From Vitrella brassicaformis CCMP3155 (lineage: Eukaryota; Protista; Chromerida), in the NCBI GenBank assembly GCA_001179505.1, contig CDMY01000239.1, forward strand, positions 89,737-153,736: 64,000 bases of DNA, in the 5' to 3' direction. Of the stretch, positions 39,301 through 51,565 are shown in pieces. Each line of letters opens with the position of its first letter. Position 1 is the first letter of the stretch. The notes beneath the pieces were generated by a model that did not search any database, had not been told where the DNA came from, and was given only the letters and a program-made list of their open reading frames with translations. The position numbers and the translations under genes are program-made.

Positions 39301-42300
39301 GGACCACCAGGGACTTTTGCATTCTCGAAACTTTCATGTCGGTCTGGTGCACTTGTAGGAACAGGTGCCGGACGAGAGCCACACGCATTACAGATCGAGC
39401 AAAACGGACGAAGGATGATTTCGAAGTATAATCAAGTGGGTCACGCAGAAAGCGGCCAATCTGCACCGACACACAGACACAGACAATCGTAGGTCCCGGC
39501 TCGTTGTGTACAATGGGTGTGCTCCCCTAACCTCTTCTTGCAGCACTTTACCCCCTGCCATAGCATCCACGTCATCCGCGTCCACAACTCCCTCCTTCTC
39601 TGACCGTGTTTTCCTTCGTCTGCGGCTCCATCGCGCAGTCAGCCACACCACCCAATGGATTCCGAACACTATCACACACGCAATGACCACTGTAACGGCC
39701 GAGGCGACGGGATCGCCCCGATGTCCTTCTGGAAGACGGAACAGGTCCAGCCCCTGAGACTCGAGAAAGAATGGCGAGGAGGGCGTGTCGGCAAAGAGCC
39801 CGACGAGTGCCATCATGGGTGCGCCAGGAGGTGGCAGGACGATGCAGCCGGTCGGGTCATCATACGACGTGTTTTGACTGGTCCATGAGGCATGCAGCGT
39901 TCGCCACTGGAAGCACGATGCCGCGCCGCCATCTGCCGTGTCCTGATCCTCGTCCACTCGTGTGAGCCGAAACATCCCTATAGATAGGTTGGCTGAGTTG
40001 TCAAGCGGTGACCCGTCATCCCTGGCGACAGCCACGCTGCCCACATGAAAGCCCTTATCGGTGTCGTTTGCGGGCCTGTCGGGCGATGTACCGTTGGGAA
40101 CGTAGAAGGGGTTGCTCAGGAAGCACATATAGAGATAGGTGAAGGGTGCAAGGGTGTCGGTCGGAGAGGCGAAAGGGAACCATATGTCATGGTTGGACTG
40201 CACGACGTCGGCGGTCTTCTCCATCTTGATGTGCAAATGCCGTGTGAGCATTGAGAACGTCTCTGCGAGGCAATAGAGAGACACGTGGCAGCACGTGTAC
40301 GAAAATCGGTCGGTGTGATGTGACAATGTAATGTTACCTCCAGTGTCAAGTTGGCTGGCGAGCACATTGAATATCGAGTGCAGGGCCGTGTACACAAACT
40401 GCCCAGCCGAGTAGGGAGAGCCGTCAGACGTGTCATCGCCCTGCAGCCGCCTTGCCGTGCTCCCAGATCCGGCTGCCGTAAGCGATGCTAGTGCTGGCGT
40501 GTCGGCGAAAGAGATATCCGATATTGCCGCGATAAGTGTGTTCGGGAGTGCCGAGTCCAGCGACATAAGAGGCAGCACGAGGTCCAAAATGACCCTGAGC
40601 AACGCCTGATAGCTTCAGCGACAGCAATCGACAGCATCTGATTCATGACCATGGAAGATGTGTTGTCTGTCGTATGTGATGTTACCCTCGCCCCGCACTG
40701 CTCCCAGCGGTGTTCACATATGTCTCGCAACGCCCCGAGGGCACGCTCGTAGACAGCACCCCTCACAGGACTCTGGGAGAACAGGAATGCACGCATGACC
40801 GCTGTAAGTAAGAGACCTATGAACACATGGATGGAGACACAGCCCACACAGCCCAGCGCACCTACCGTTCTGACAACGTTTGATAAGATCTCGCCAACGA
40901 CGCTCAAATCGTCATCCGTCAAGCGAGAGGATAATCCCGATCGTATGAGGGCTGACAGATGCCCACCGGCGAGTGCCGGGTCGCCCAGCTTGATGGTCTG
41001 CAGCAGCTGGGTGGCGTTTCGCTCCGCCTCCCTCTTATACACCCTGACTGGTTGTATTTGCCTTCTGGCTCCTCCCAGGTATGTCCTGACGTCGACGAAA
41101 GCGTGAATCTCGTAGGTTGGCCAAATGCCGGCTGGCAGGGCTGAGGTCTCAATGGAGGTGAGAGGGAGGGGACCGCCGCCCGATAGGTACACCTGAGACC
41201 AAAGACAAAGGTGATGGCGCCTCACGAGTGTGGCACAAGAGCATCCTTACCTCAATTCGTGTTTGGTTGAAGTAGTTGGGCTGGGAAAGAAACGGACAGC
41301 AATGCAGAACAGCTAGGTCAGAGAGCCCCCTTGCATCCTTCTCTTATCTCTTACCGACACGCCGAAGTCATATGTCAGTGGCAGCGCATCAAGGTCGGCC
41401 GACCACCCGTCGCACTCTAGCAGGAAGGGCGTGATCATCGATATGCCAATCAGAGGCGTCACGTTGAATGTGCCGACCATTGGCAGGGCCATGGCCACAG
41501 GTACGAGCAGCGTGTTGGAGTCCCTGTAGCCGGTCTCCTGGTCGATGATGTGCAGCGAGAACCGGTAGTCGAAGCCGGCGGGGAGGCTGAAGGGACGCAG
41601 CAGCAAGCTGGGGCGAGATGGTCCTGCAGAAATGCCCACAACGTGAGATAAAGGAGATTAAGAGGGTGAGGCAGGTGTGAGTCACCTGTGGTATTGAAGA
41701 CAGCCACTTGGTCAAGATCGACTTGTTGAACGGGCACTGGCCTGAATACCTTCCCTGGAATCGGGTACGTGGGGTCTGTCAAGGCGACCTCAGCCTCATA
41801 CTCAGGGTTGCTCTCCAGCCGATGCACCGTCCACACATAATACCGCCGCGACACACGCCACTCCTCGACCGATGTCTCGTTCCCAGAAGTGTCGTTTATG
41901 GCTTCGATCGGCTGCCCCGCGTCTTTGGTCTTGCTTACGTCTGCATCGGATGGCCTGACGCCCCCAGGTGCCATTGTAGCAGACTGCGTCGGATCGACCG
42001 GGAGCGCGTGTGTGAGTGGGTCTCTCGGCGCCGGGTCTTGATCGAACAGGACGTGGCCTCGCAATCGGATGGGCGCATAGTTGGGCACGGGAAGGGACTC
42101 GAGAGGAGGCAGGTAGACGCGATATGAGCTGGCGTTGACCATCTGCTGCAGGCTGCGGGAGACATTGAGCGGCTGTTTGATCTCTATCTCAGCGTATGCT
42201 GACCCCTGCTTCCATTCAGACACCCTCGTCACTGCACACACACACGCTCACAGAGTGTTTCTATCGATCAGGAGACGGACGCCATGCATGTCTCTTGCGC

Positions 42301-45300
42301 ACCTCTCGCGTCGGGATTGGGCACCCCCACATGAGCGGTGGCCTCAAACCGTAGCTGCCACCCCTCGTCGAATATTTCAGGCCTCAGTGCGATGGATGCT
42401 CCCGTGATCTGACAGGCGATGCCGCCGCTGCCTATCATGTCCCACCTAATGGCCGACAGCTCCGACGTGCGGCCCTCGTAGGTGCACTGGTGCGGCCGGG
42501 GGAAGGCCACATTGTTGAGATCGTCGCATGCGTCAGGCGGTGTGTGGTTGTAGATGAAGGACACTAGAGGGATGCACCGCCACGTGCTGACAAACACCGA
42601 CACACAAGATGCAAACAGAACTGTTGTGGTGTGTTGGCTGCTCACAAGTTCGCCAGGGTGGCATTGGGCATATCGGGGTCGAATGAGCGGGAAGCGTCGA
42701 GCACCACAGTCGTGTCCCTTGGCACGTGCTGGTACGGTCGACCAAACACCACAACAGGCGGCGAAGGCGAGATCTTGACCTTGACTGAACCCTCGGCCAT
42801 GTAGGCGGGCCCGCTGTCCTCCCCCATCACGTTGAGAAGAAAGCGATATGTTGCAGCGGCCTTTAGCGTGCGCTTAGGCACGAAGAGGGAAGTTGACTCC
42901 CACCCCGATATGTTGAGGCCGGAGGGGTTGAATGGCAGCGTTGGATAGAGCATGCTGATCTCCCATCTGTACTTCAGGGCCTCCTCCCGGCAGCCAGACT
43001 GCTGCACCCGCGCCACGACAGAAAAATCTCTGTCTCGCGGGAAGGTCTGCTCAGCCAACCCGGCGATGAAGACCTGCGGCACCGTGTCCTCGAGGACGTC
43101 AATGTTGACAGTGACCGAGTCGGTGAAGCGCCAAAATGATGTCACCTGCCCTTCGACCGTCAAATGGATGACGGCATCGGGGAGGTCCTTGTGGGCTATG
43201 CGAAGGACAGGCCGGCTCGTGTTGGATATCAACGCAAACAACTCATTGACCTGCACACCCCATACTTGTCACACATATGGTGTCTCGCAGAAGCGGCCTG
43301 GCCTGGGTACGGTACCTGTGCTGCGTCGCAGTTTGTGTTAAAGTCATACACTGGCGTGTCCTTGTCACCATCAGCCCAATGATACCTCCACTCGCCCTCG
43401 CCTTCCCCCTCCCATGCCGCCTCATCAGGCGGATCGAGGGAGTACGGGAAGCCACTGCCGTACACAGGATACTCCAGAAAGACACTGCTAGGCTCCGGCG
43501 TCTCGAATCCACCCAGAACATACCGCGCGTCCGCCTCCCCCTCTGTGCCATCTGGTGGGAGAGTCGGGTAGGGGGTGGTCGACGGCACAGGTGGCGGTGA
43601 GGCGTAGCCACGACACTGCACATCCCTCAGGCGCCATTCCCATGTGGCCCTGCCCCCTGTCGACTGCGAGGCCGACATGTCAAGAAAGATGGGGGTGCAT
43701 CGGTCGACCTGCTTGGTGGTGCCGGTGATGGTGGCTATGGGGCCCTCGACACCGTGAGCGATGGACAAAAAGACGCCGCCCGACGAAGGAGGCGAGTACG
43801 TGCCGTTGGCTTCGGAGTAGATGGTGACGGGGCGGATGAAGAGGGGGTCCCCTGGATCGGCTGCATGATGCACCTCCTGACCGAATCGCCAGTGATAAGA
43901 TCAGCGATCGATCTTGCGTGACTGGAATCTTTGGGTGAGTGACCAGGTGGATGGTGAAGGACGACACCGACGTCCACGTGCAGGTGGTGTCATGAAGATT
44001 CAACTCCAGTATAGACAGCTGAGCTAAGACCCTGATGGCACACAATACATCCATGGACACTGATAGAGGACAGGCTCACTCGCTCACCAGCTGCAGGGGA
44101 AGTTCGGCTGCCAAAGCTGTGTTTCGTTGTGCCAGTCATGGATGCCGTCGCCGTTTGTATCCACCGGCTCTACGCCCATCAGTGTGGCACGATCGAACCG
44201 GACATATACCTCGCGAGCAGAAGATGCAAAGCGAGCCTCTAGCATGAGGAGCTGGAGGGCCCTCGACAACGCCCTGCAGGCAAGAGACACACACTACAGT
44301 CAAAGCGCGAAACACCCATGGTCAGGTCAAGGGTGACCTTTGGCACTTTGAATCGCCTGTATTGTGGGTGCGGATACAATGGGGGGTGTCGATCAGACGA
44401 CCGATTTCCCATGGACGGCCACAGGCGGAAGTCGGGCAGGTCCCGTCTCTCGTAGTAGGAGCCGTCAGGGGGCAACTGCTCATACGGACACGCCAGCTGC
44501 AGGATGTGGCTCGACCCATCAGATCTCGAATGGCGCACTGCGATGAATGAGTACGGGAGGGAGGGGTGGGAGGCAATGGCCGACAGGTAGACGGATCGAG
44601 GATTGACCAGAAATAGGGACGGTGGGTGCTGCAGAGGATGTAGCCGATACAATGGGACGGTGCAGCGGTCGAAGAAATCGTCGTTCTGGCATGTGCTCCA
44701 GTTGCCGACGGACGGCTCCCGCACCAATGACCAGTGAAACGTCTGTGTTGTCACGTCGGACCAGAAGACAGCCAGATGATGGGTTTTGTCGATGTCCAGG
44801 AAACCCTCGCTCCCACATGTGGTCGCGCCGAGAGGGACTGCGACACGCAACACCAACACAACACGGCAGACAGACAACACAGGGTGGTTCTTCTCGTCGG
44901 CACGTTTCTCTTTCTTTCCATCCACTCACAGATAAGCTCGTTTGTGCCCTGCCCACTTCTACGCACTCTCAATTCCTGCCTCTCCACCGTCGCTTGGAAG
45001 GCAAATCCCCGCCGACCATTCAAGAACTTTGTGAAGCCTTCATTCAGCCGCACCTGATAGTGGAGGCTCTCCCGAGACACATAACCCTGCGCATTCGCCA
45101 CTTGAGCAGCAGATGAAGTGTGCCCTTCATGGGGTCATATGTGCACACAGACGCCCCAGCCGGCGACAGGCCGACCTCCACCCACTGCCCTGACCCATCA
45201 CGCCACTCGTGGTCGAGTGCGACAATCTTCTGGACCTGCGGGAATTCCGGGAGGGGGCCGGGGATCCAGGCGGGGTCACTGAGGTAGTTCTCTTGCTTGA

Positions 45301-46273
45301 TGCACCAGGGGCAGATGTGGACGGCCCCTATCAGAGAGTGCTCCCACACGGCAATCAGCTGCTCCTTAATGAAATCGTAGAAGAAGCATGTGACAATCTT
45401 GAGGCCCATCTCGCGATAAGGCAGGCGGAAGTGATGGGCGAAGATCGGCGTGCCGTCGTCCCCGTTGTTTGCGTGGACATAAATGTCCTCCCACCTGCAG
45501 GGATCCGATCCACAAACACGGCACATCTACGGTACGGTGACTGAGGAATCCATTGCCGACATACCTGTCTGTGTTTGGCGATCGCATTCCTACCAGAGTG
45601 TAGACTATTCGATGCAGCGGGTCCCAGAGTAGCTACGAAACACGCTGTAGAAGTTCGTGCCGCCCTCCCCGCCACACACTATTGCCCCAGGAGCCAGTGA
45701 AGCATCGGTCGGGATCTTATACTCGTTGTACAAGTCGATTTCCTGGTCCTCACACAGGAAATCACACCCACTTGCAGACGGACTCTGGCCCCGCAGGATG
45801 CCAACGTCACTGCAGCAGAAGCACTGCTCCCCGCGCAACAATGCCAATACATATTCTTGGTATTCGCAGAGGAAGACACATTGCAATCGAGAAGACGTCG
45901 CGAGAGCCATTTCGACACAGAGGCCGCCCAGTGGGTTGATGGGCGTCGTCAGCTCATAGCAGCCGATGTGAATAAAGGTGCTGAAGACCACGGGCGGCGA
46001 CTCATGCGGTTCGTCCCGTGTCTCCATGAAAACTCGCGACATGATGGGTTGCAGGCTGTTCCACTTGTAGAGCTCCTCTGCAGATGGGGAAGGGGCTGAT
46101 GTGTTGCCGCTCGGCATCCATCCCGTGAGGTAAGGCCGGTCTCTTTGACGAAAGGCCGTCGGCATCTCAGCCGTCAACTCTACCGAAAACTGCCCCACGA
46201 CGACTTGAACTCGCAAGAACAAAGGCAGCAGCGGCCACAAAGATCCACGTAAGGGAGATCGGTGGAAAATCAT
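36389..46273 (-). CDS. large polycystin-1/REJ-like membrane protein: signal peptide, WSC domain, REJ module, GPS-like motif, several TM segments, long Pro/Ser-rich cytoplasmic regions
   Basis: WSC pattern HIGCY..CVFLC..GEQCFC..CDFLC..CGG..YSVF. REJ-type VVLDASRSFDPD, YRWEIS and TFNVTPLIGISMITPFLLECDGWS.DLDALPLTYDF. GPS-like SCFQW....W...GC. TM helices at ~39.7, 39.2, 37.7 and 37.5 kb. Splice phases checked at 37.3-37.9 kb are consistent with one gene. Confidence 0.78.
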
Positions 46274-46717
46274 GACGTCTTGACACTCTGGTCAGAGACG
46301 AACGAACCTCGGAGTCCCTGAATACTCGGCGTCTTTCGTCGTGCATTCGTGGATACAGAGCAACAGCGGCAATACCAGCGGCAGCACGGAGCGGGCCATG
46401 GGGCTCTCCAACACCCTGAGCCTCTTGCAAAGCCTTTCGCTCTTTTGGCGAGACTGCGGGTGGGCGTCCCCAACAGGCCCCCACAAAGCCCCCAGCCACC
46501 CCACGATTTGTCCTCTTCTTCGAAAAGGACTTGATGATGACCGACGCCAGCCTATAATTCCCACATCATAGCCACCTTCCCCGTCCCTCGAGCTCGGTCC
46601 TTCTTTTTCCCCCGTTCGTGCCACCCTGTGGTCTGCCCCGGCTTCCACTGGCACACGCGGCCCTTCCCATACCTCGTGGACGCCTTTCTGGGTCCCCACC
46701 CATCGCCCGTGCGCTCG

Positions 46718-49410
46718 ATGCTTCGCTACCCCCGTGCGTCAGAGGACTTCCGAGTTCTTGATACTTCTGGCGGCACCAGTGGGCTGCACAAGGCGTCCGA
46801 CTCAACCATCGCCATGTCGCCTGAGCAGTGCGTGGGCCACCGTGACGTGCAGATGGAGTCAGGCGAGTCGGACTCCCCGATGCCCGACTACTGCAAGGAG
46901 ACGTCCAACACGTCCCTCGGCAGCCTCCTCCTCGAGAGCCGCAGCACACAGGAGTCCCTCAACCGCGGCAGGAGTGTCGTGGAGGGCCTGGATGTGATCA
47001 TGTGCCAGGCAGAGGGCGCCTTCCCACCGCCCCCCTCGCCATACAATGCACTTGCGACGGCCAGCCACCGACACGGCACTTCTACGGTCGTTCGTCGCCG
47101 TGTTCGTGCGGTGCCGATGCTGCCCGTGCCGACCACCGAGACATATGAAATAGGCAAGGAGACATTCGAAGTCGACATCAAGTACGGCGACGTTGAGCTG
47201 ATTGGCCAAGGGGCATACGGCACCGTCGCGTAAGGCGCTATTGAGGGGACGACGAGTGTGACTGACACTCACGATTCGCGTCATTTTTTCTCCTGGTGCG
47301 TTGTGTGCGTGTGTTCAGTAGTGCGCGTCACCGGCAGAGCGGCAGTATGGTTGCGATCAAGAAGGTGACGCATCTGTTCGACCACTCTGTGTTCGCCAAG
47401 CGGACAATCCGTGAGCTCAAAGTGCTGCGGCACCTCTCGCACGAAAACATCATATCGCTCGTCGAGATACAGCTGCCAGAGGACAAGGAGTCATTCGAAG
47501 AAATGTATGAATGTCATGTGGAGGGGAGAAGGGGAGGGCACAATGGGGAGGGACAGCACTCACTGTGAGCACAGCACATTGTGTGGTGTGTCGGTCCTTG
47601 TCTGCTTGTTGTTGCTTGCCTTGCATTGTGACGACAGCTATTTTGTGACGGAGTTGATGCAGGCGGATCTCGGGACGATCATCCAGTCGAGACAGGACCT
47701 CACCAACGAGCACTTCCAGGTAAGTCAGTCGATCGACGTGCGGTGCGGCCTACACCTTCACCATACATACATACATGCAATGCCTACCTACCTATCTATC
47801 TGATACATTCATTGTGTCTCGTGTCTCGGGTCCCTTCTGTCAGTTTTTTGTATACCAGATTTTACGTGGTTTGAAATACGTCCATTCGTGTGGCGTCATT
47901 CACAGAGACCTGGTTGGTATGCACGACCAACATACACACACAAAGCGGCCGGTAACGGTCTCTCTCTCCCCCTGGATGGATGGATGGATGGATGGATGCA
48001 TTTGTGTGTGAGCAGAAGCCTCGCAACTTGCTGGTCAACGGCAACTGCGACCTCAAGGTGACGCAAGCGACGCACACACACGCATGTCTTTGCTATGTGG
48101 ATGCATCCCTGCGCCTGTGTGTGTCAGATATGTGATTTTGGTTTGGCGCGTTTGAAGGGCGAGAGGGAGTCATTCAGACTCAGCCCCATGACCGAATACG
48201 TCACCACCAGGCAATTGACGAAGGCACACACATGGGGGGTCGACTCATGCATGCGTTCACTTTTCTCTGCAGGTGGTACCGTGCTCCTGAGATATTGTGT
48301 TCGTTTCGCTACTACGACGAGAAGGTGGACGTGTGGTCGGCGGGGTGCGTGCTGGCGGAACTCATCCTCAGGGCACCCATCTTCCCGGGAACAAGCAGTA
48401 AGCACCAAAAGCAAATGGATGGCACACCATACACGGACGGATCCCTATCGGCTGTGGCACGGCATGGGTATTCGCCTTTCGTGTCATTATACTTCAGCCC
48501 GCCGTCAGTTGGAGTTGATTTGCGGCCTCATTGGCAAGCCGACTGATGGAGAGATCGACGCCGTGAACAACAGACGGGTATGTATGTATCTACCTACACA
48601 CATCAAAACATGCTTACAACCATCTGTCTGTCCACTCTTCCTTCCCTTGCTTGTTTGTCGTGTCAGTGTCGTGACTTCCTCAGTGGGCTGCCCGACCGCC
48701 AGCCACCGCTATGTGAGATATTCGACGGCACGCCTGTCAGCGCCCATGGTGTGGACCTCATCGGACGGATGCTCACCTTCGACCCAAACAAACGCATTTC
48801 GGTAGGTACATCCTGTCGTCTGGGGGGTGTGCTGTGCTGCTGGGTTTGTGTCTTCATGTCTCTCTCTTGTCTGTCTGTCTGTGTGGGCGGGTCAACCAAC
48901 AGGTGACCGAAGCGTTGGAGCATCCGTATTTGGCCAACCTGCACTGCCCGCAGGACGAGGTCAGCAATCCAGGAAGGCAGCGAGACCCCTGATGGACACA
49001 CACATCGGCTGCCGTGTCCTGTTTGTCCTTGTCTGTGTGTGCAGCCTGGTGGTCGACTGATCCCGCTGGATGAGTTCCTCTTTGAGGACCACGAGGACCA
49101 CGAGGCGTGCATTCGGGGTGCGTCATCAGCCAGACAGACAGACACAGACACACACACAGAGGACCTATGTCTCCCTCTGTGTGTGTGCCTTATTTTGTGT
49201 CCTCTGTGGCCAGAGTTGATATATCGTGAGGCGCTGCACTACCACCCCCGAGCGCGTTCCATCTACGAGCGGTACTACAAGAGGGACGACGTAATCTACA
49301 TGATGATGGCCGACAACAAAGACGACGACGACGACGACGACACAAACAACGAGGGAGAGGGAGAGGGAGAGGGAGAGGACGAGCAGCGGGCTGATGCGTG
49401 TTGCAGATAG
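46718..49410 (+). CDS. mitogen-activated protein kinase, TEY (ERK-type) activation loop, multi-exon; start could be 46814
   Basis: [95 protein letters not shown] and EALEHPY. Confidence 0.97.
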
Positions 49411-51565
49411 ACACAAGACACACACGCGCACACACACACACTCGGTGTGTGTCTCATTCCTCATTCACCCACCCCTTCACTCACCCACCAGCCGTGGCAT
49501 CCTTCCATCCATGGCAATGCATTGACATGGATGGCATTTTCCGTCGTCGGCTCCCAAGGCCGCACTGACTGACTGGCATCTGCTTGCTTCTTTCTGTATA
49601 CTACGTCTACCACCGCCCATCCCGTCCGTAGTGTGTCCTTGCCTACTTGATTCGTTCATTTGTTGTGTAAGTGTGCGTGTGGCGGAGTGTTGGGCCCCGG
49701 ACGCGACATATATATCATACGCACAGATCCATATACACGTAATGTACACGCATCTTGCTTCGTACGATCGATGCGATGTGCACACTCACTCACTAACTCA
49801 CTGTTCTTCTCTCGTGGGGTGGGATACGCACGGTACCTACACACATGCATATTGGTGAAGGAAGGAACAAGGCTGAGATCGATCCGATCCAGTACGCGCC
49901 TCTTCTTGACCCAAACAGATCTGCCTTCAACACATGGCGGGAAGGGAAGGGGAGGGTGGGACCGTGGGCGGGGGGAAACTGTCGAGTGAGCACACGCAAC
50001 CAAGGGGCTGCATGAATGGATGGTGGGGGCATTCTTCTGCCTCCATGCCATGCCACACATTGGAGGGAGGATTGGTGTGCGCATCGATGCATGTCGGGGG
50101 TTTCGATGGGCGATCGGTGTCCTTGCTACCTATCCTTGTTTTCGCCGGCTGTCCAGAATTGGTGTGCGATGCGGCAAAACCTCATGGGTGTGAGTGATGT
50201 GATGTGACCTGGTGTGGTGTCTTGGCTACCCCATACACACACACACACACACGCACACACTCGCTGTCAGCAGTCAGTCGCCAACACACTCCTCGCTACA
50301 CACACGCATACGCACCTCTAAGTGTGCGTCTTGTCTCTCTTCACACACGGGGGCTCTCCCTCTCTGTTTCTCACACATGCCATCCATCCATCTCTCTGCC
50401 CAGACCCACCCGATTTAATTTTGTCATTCATGTCGCTCGCGACCTTCCTCTCTGTGTGAGTGTGAGTGTGTGTGTGTGTGTGTGTGAGGGTGGTGTTCCA
50501 TAGGTGGTGCACTTCGCGAATGAGCCTTAAGCCTTGTGTGTCTGTCCGCTCGTCTGGGTGTCTATCTGGTGTGTGGGTGGCTGTCCGTGTGGTGTCGATC
50601 GACAAGGCGATTCTTAAGATAAGCCATACAAACATACCTATGGGACGGGACGCACTGACAGACAGAGGGACAGACACATGAATTGACACGAGAGGTCCTC
50701 ACCATAGAAAGCCATAGACAGACTGACAGACAGACCGGTCCTCTGACACAGAAATCACGCCACGCCAATCACTCACGGGAAAAGTCGGTCGGCACCCACT
50801 ATGGATGCCCTGCAGCTCATGTCTCATACTTGTAACTCGACAACACACAGCTGTCTGGCCTGCCTGCCCGCCCGCCCGCATGGCTGGCTGGCATGCGTCG
50901 CTTTGGACGGCACACCCACACCCACACCCACAGGCACAGGCACAGGCACCATCACGCCACACCAGAGCTCACTTGTTCGTTGCCCATTGAAAAACACGGT
51001 ACGCACATGGACTAGCTTCGCACTCATCGCTACAGTAACATCACCCAGTCAGTCGCTGCCGATACCGATGGCATACAGGCAGACACAAACAGTCTCACCA
51101 GCCACCAAGGATGGTGCACTCACTGTTCGTCGTGGTCGATCACACAACACACAGGGAGTGGCCCATCGAAGTGTGATGATGCCGCGTCTGTCTGCCTGCC
51201 CACCTACGGCTGGCTGGTAATGATCATATACATACTGCGGTCACCTTTATTGCTCTTAGCTGGCTGGCTACACCTGCTCCCTCCCTCCCTGTTGCGAATT
51301 GTACTGTCACTCTTCGCCTGTCCGGTCCATCGAGAGCGCTGGTGCACGGCTGCAGAAACCCGTGTCCTGGTGATCCGCTGCTGTCACACCACTGCTGTCG
51401 ATCGACCTCACATATCCAAGGTGCAGACGTGACGTGACCCATGACGCAACGCGACTATCCAAGCACTCACTCCACAGAACGACCGACCAACCAACTATTT
51501 GGGTGTGGACACCACAGAAGCACACCCATGGCGTGAGGTGAGTGAGGTAGGAGGGCTTCATTCAT

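Noticed and set aside
45040-45140. Apparent frameshift in the polycystin-like gene
   Set aside because: A short GT-AG intron (about 60 nt or 32 nt) restores the frame, so there is no need to invoke pseudogenisation.
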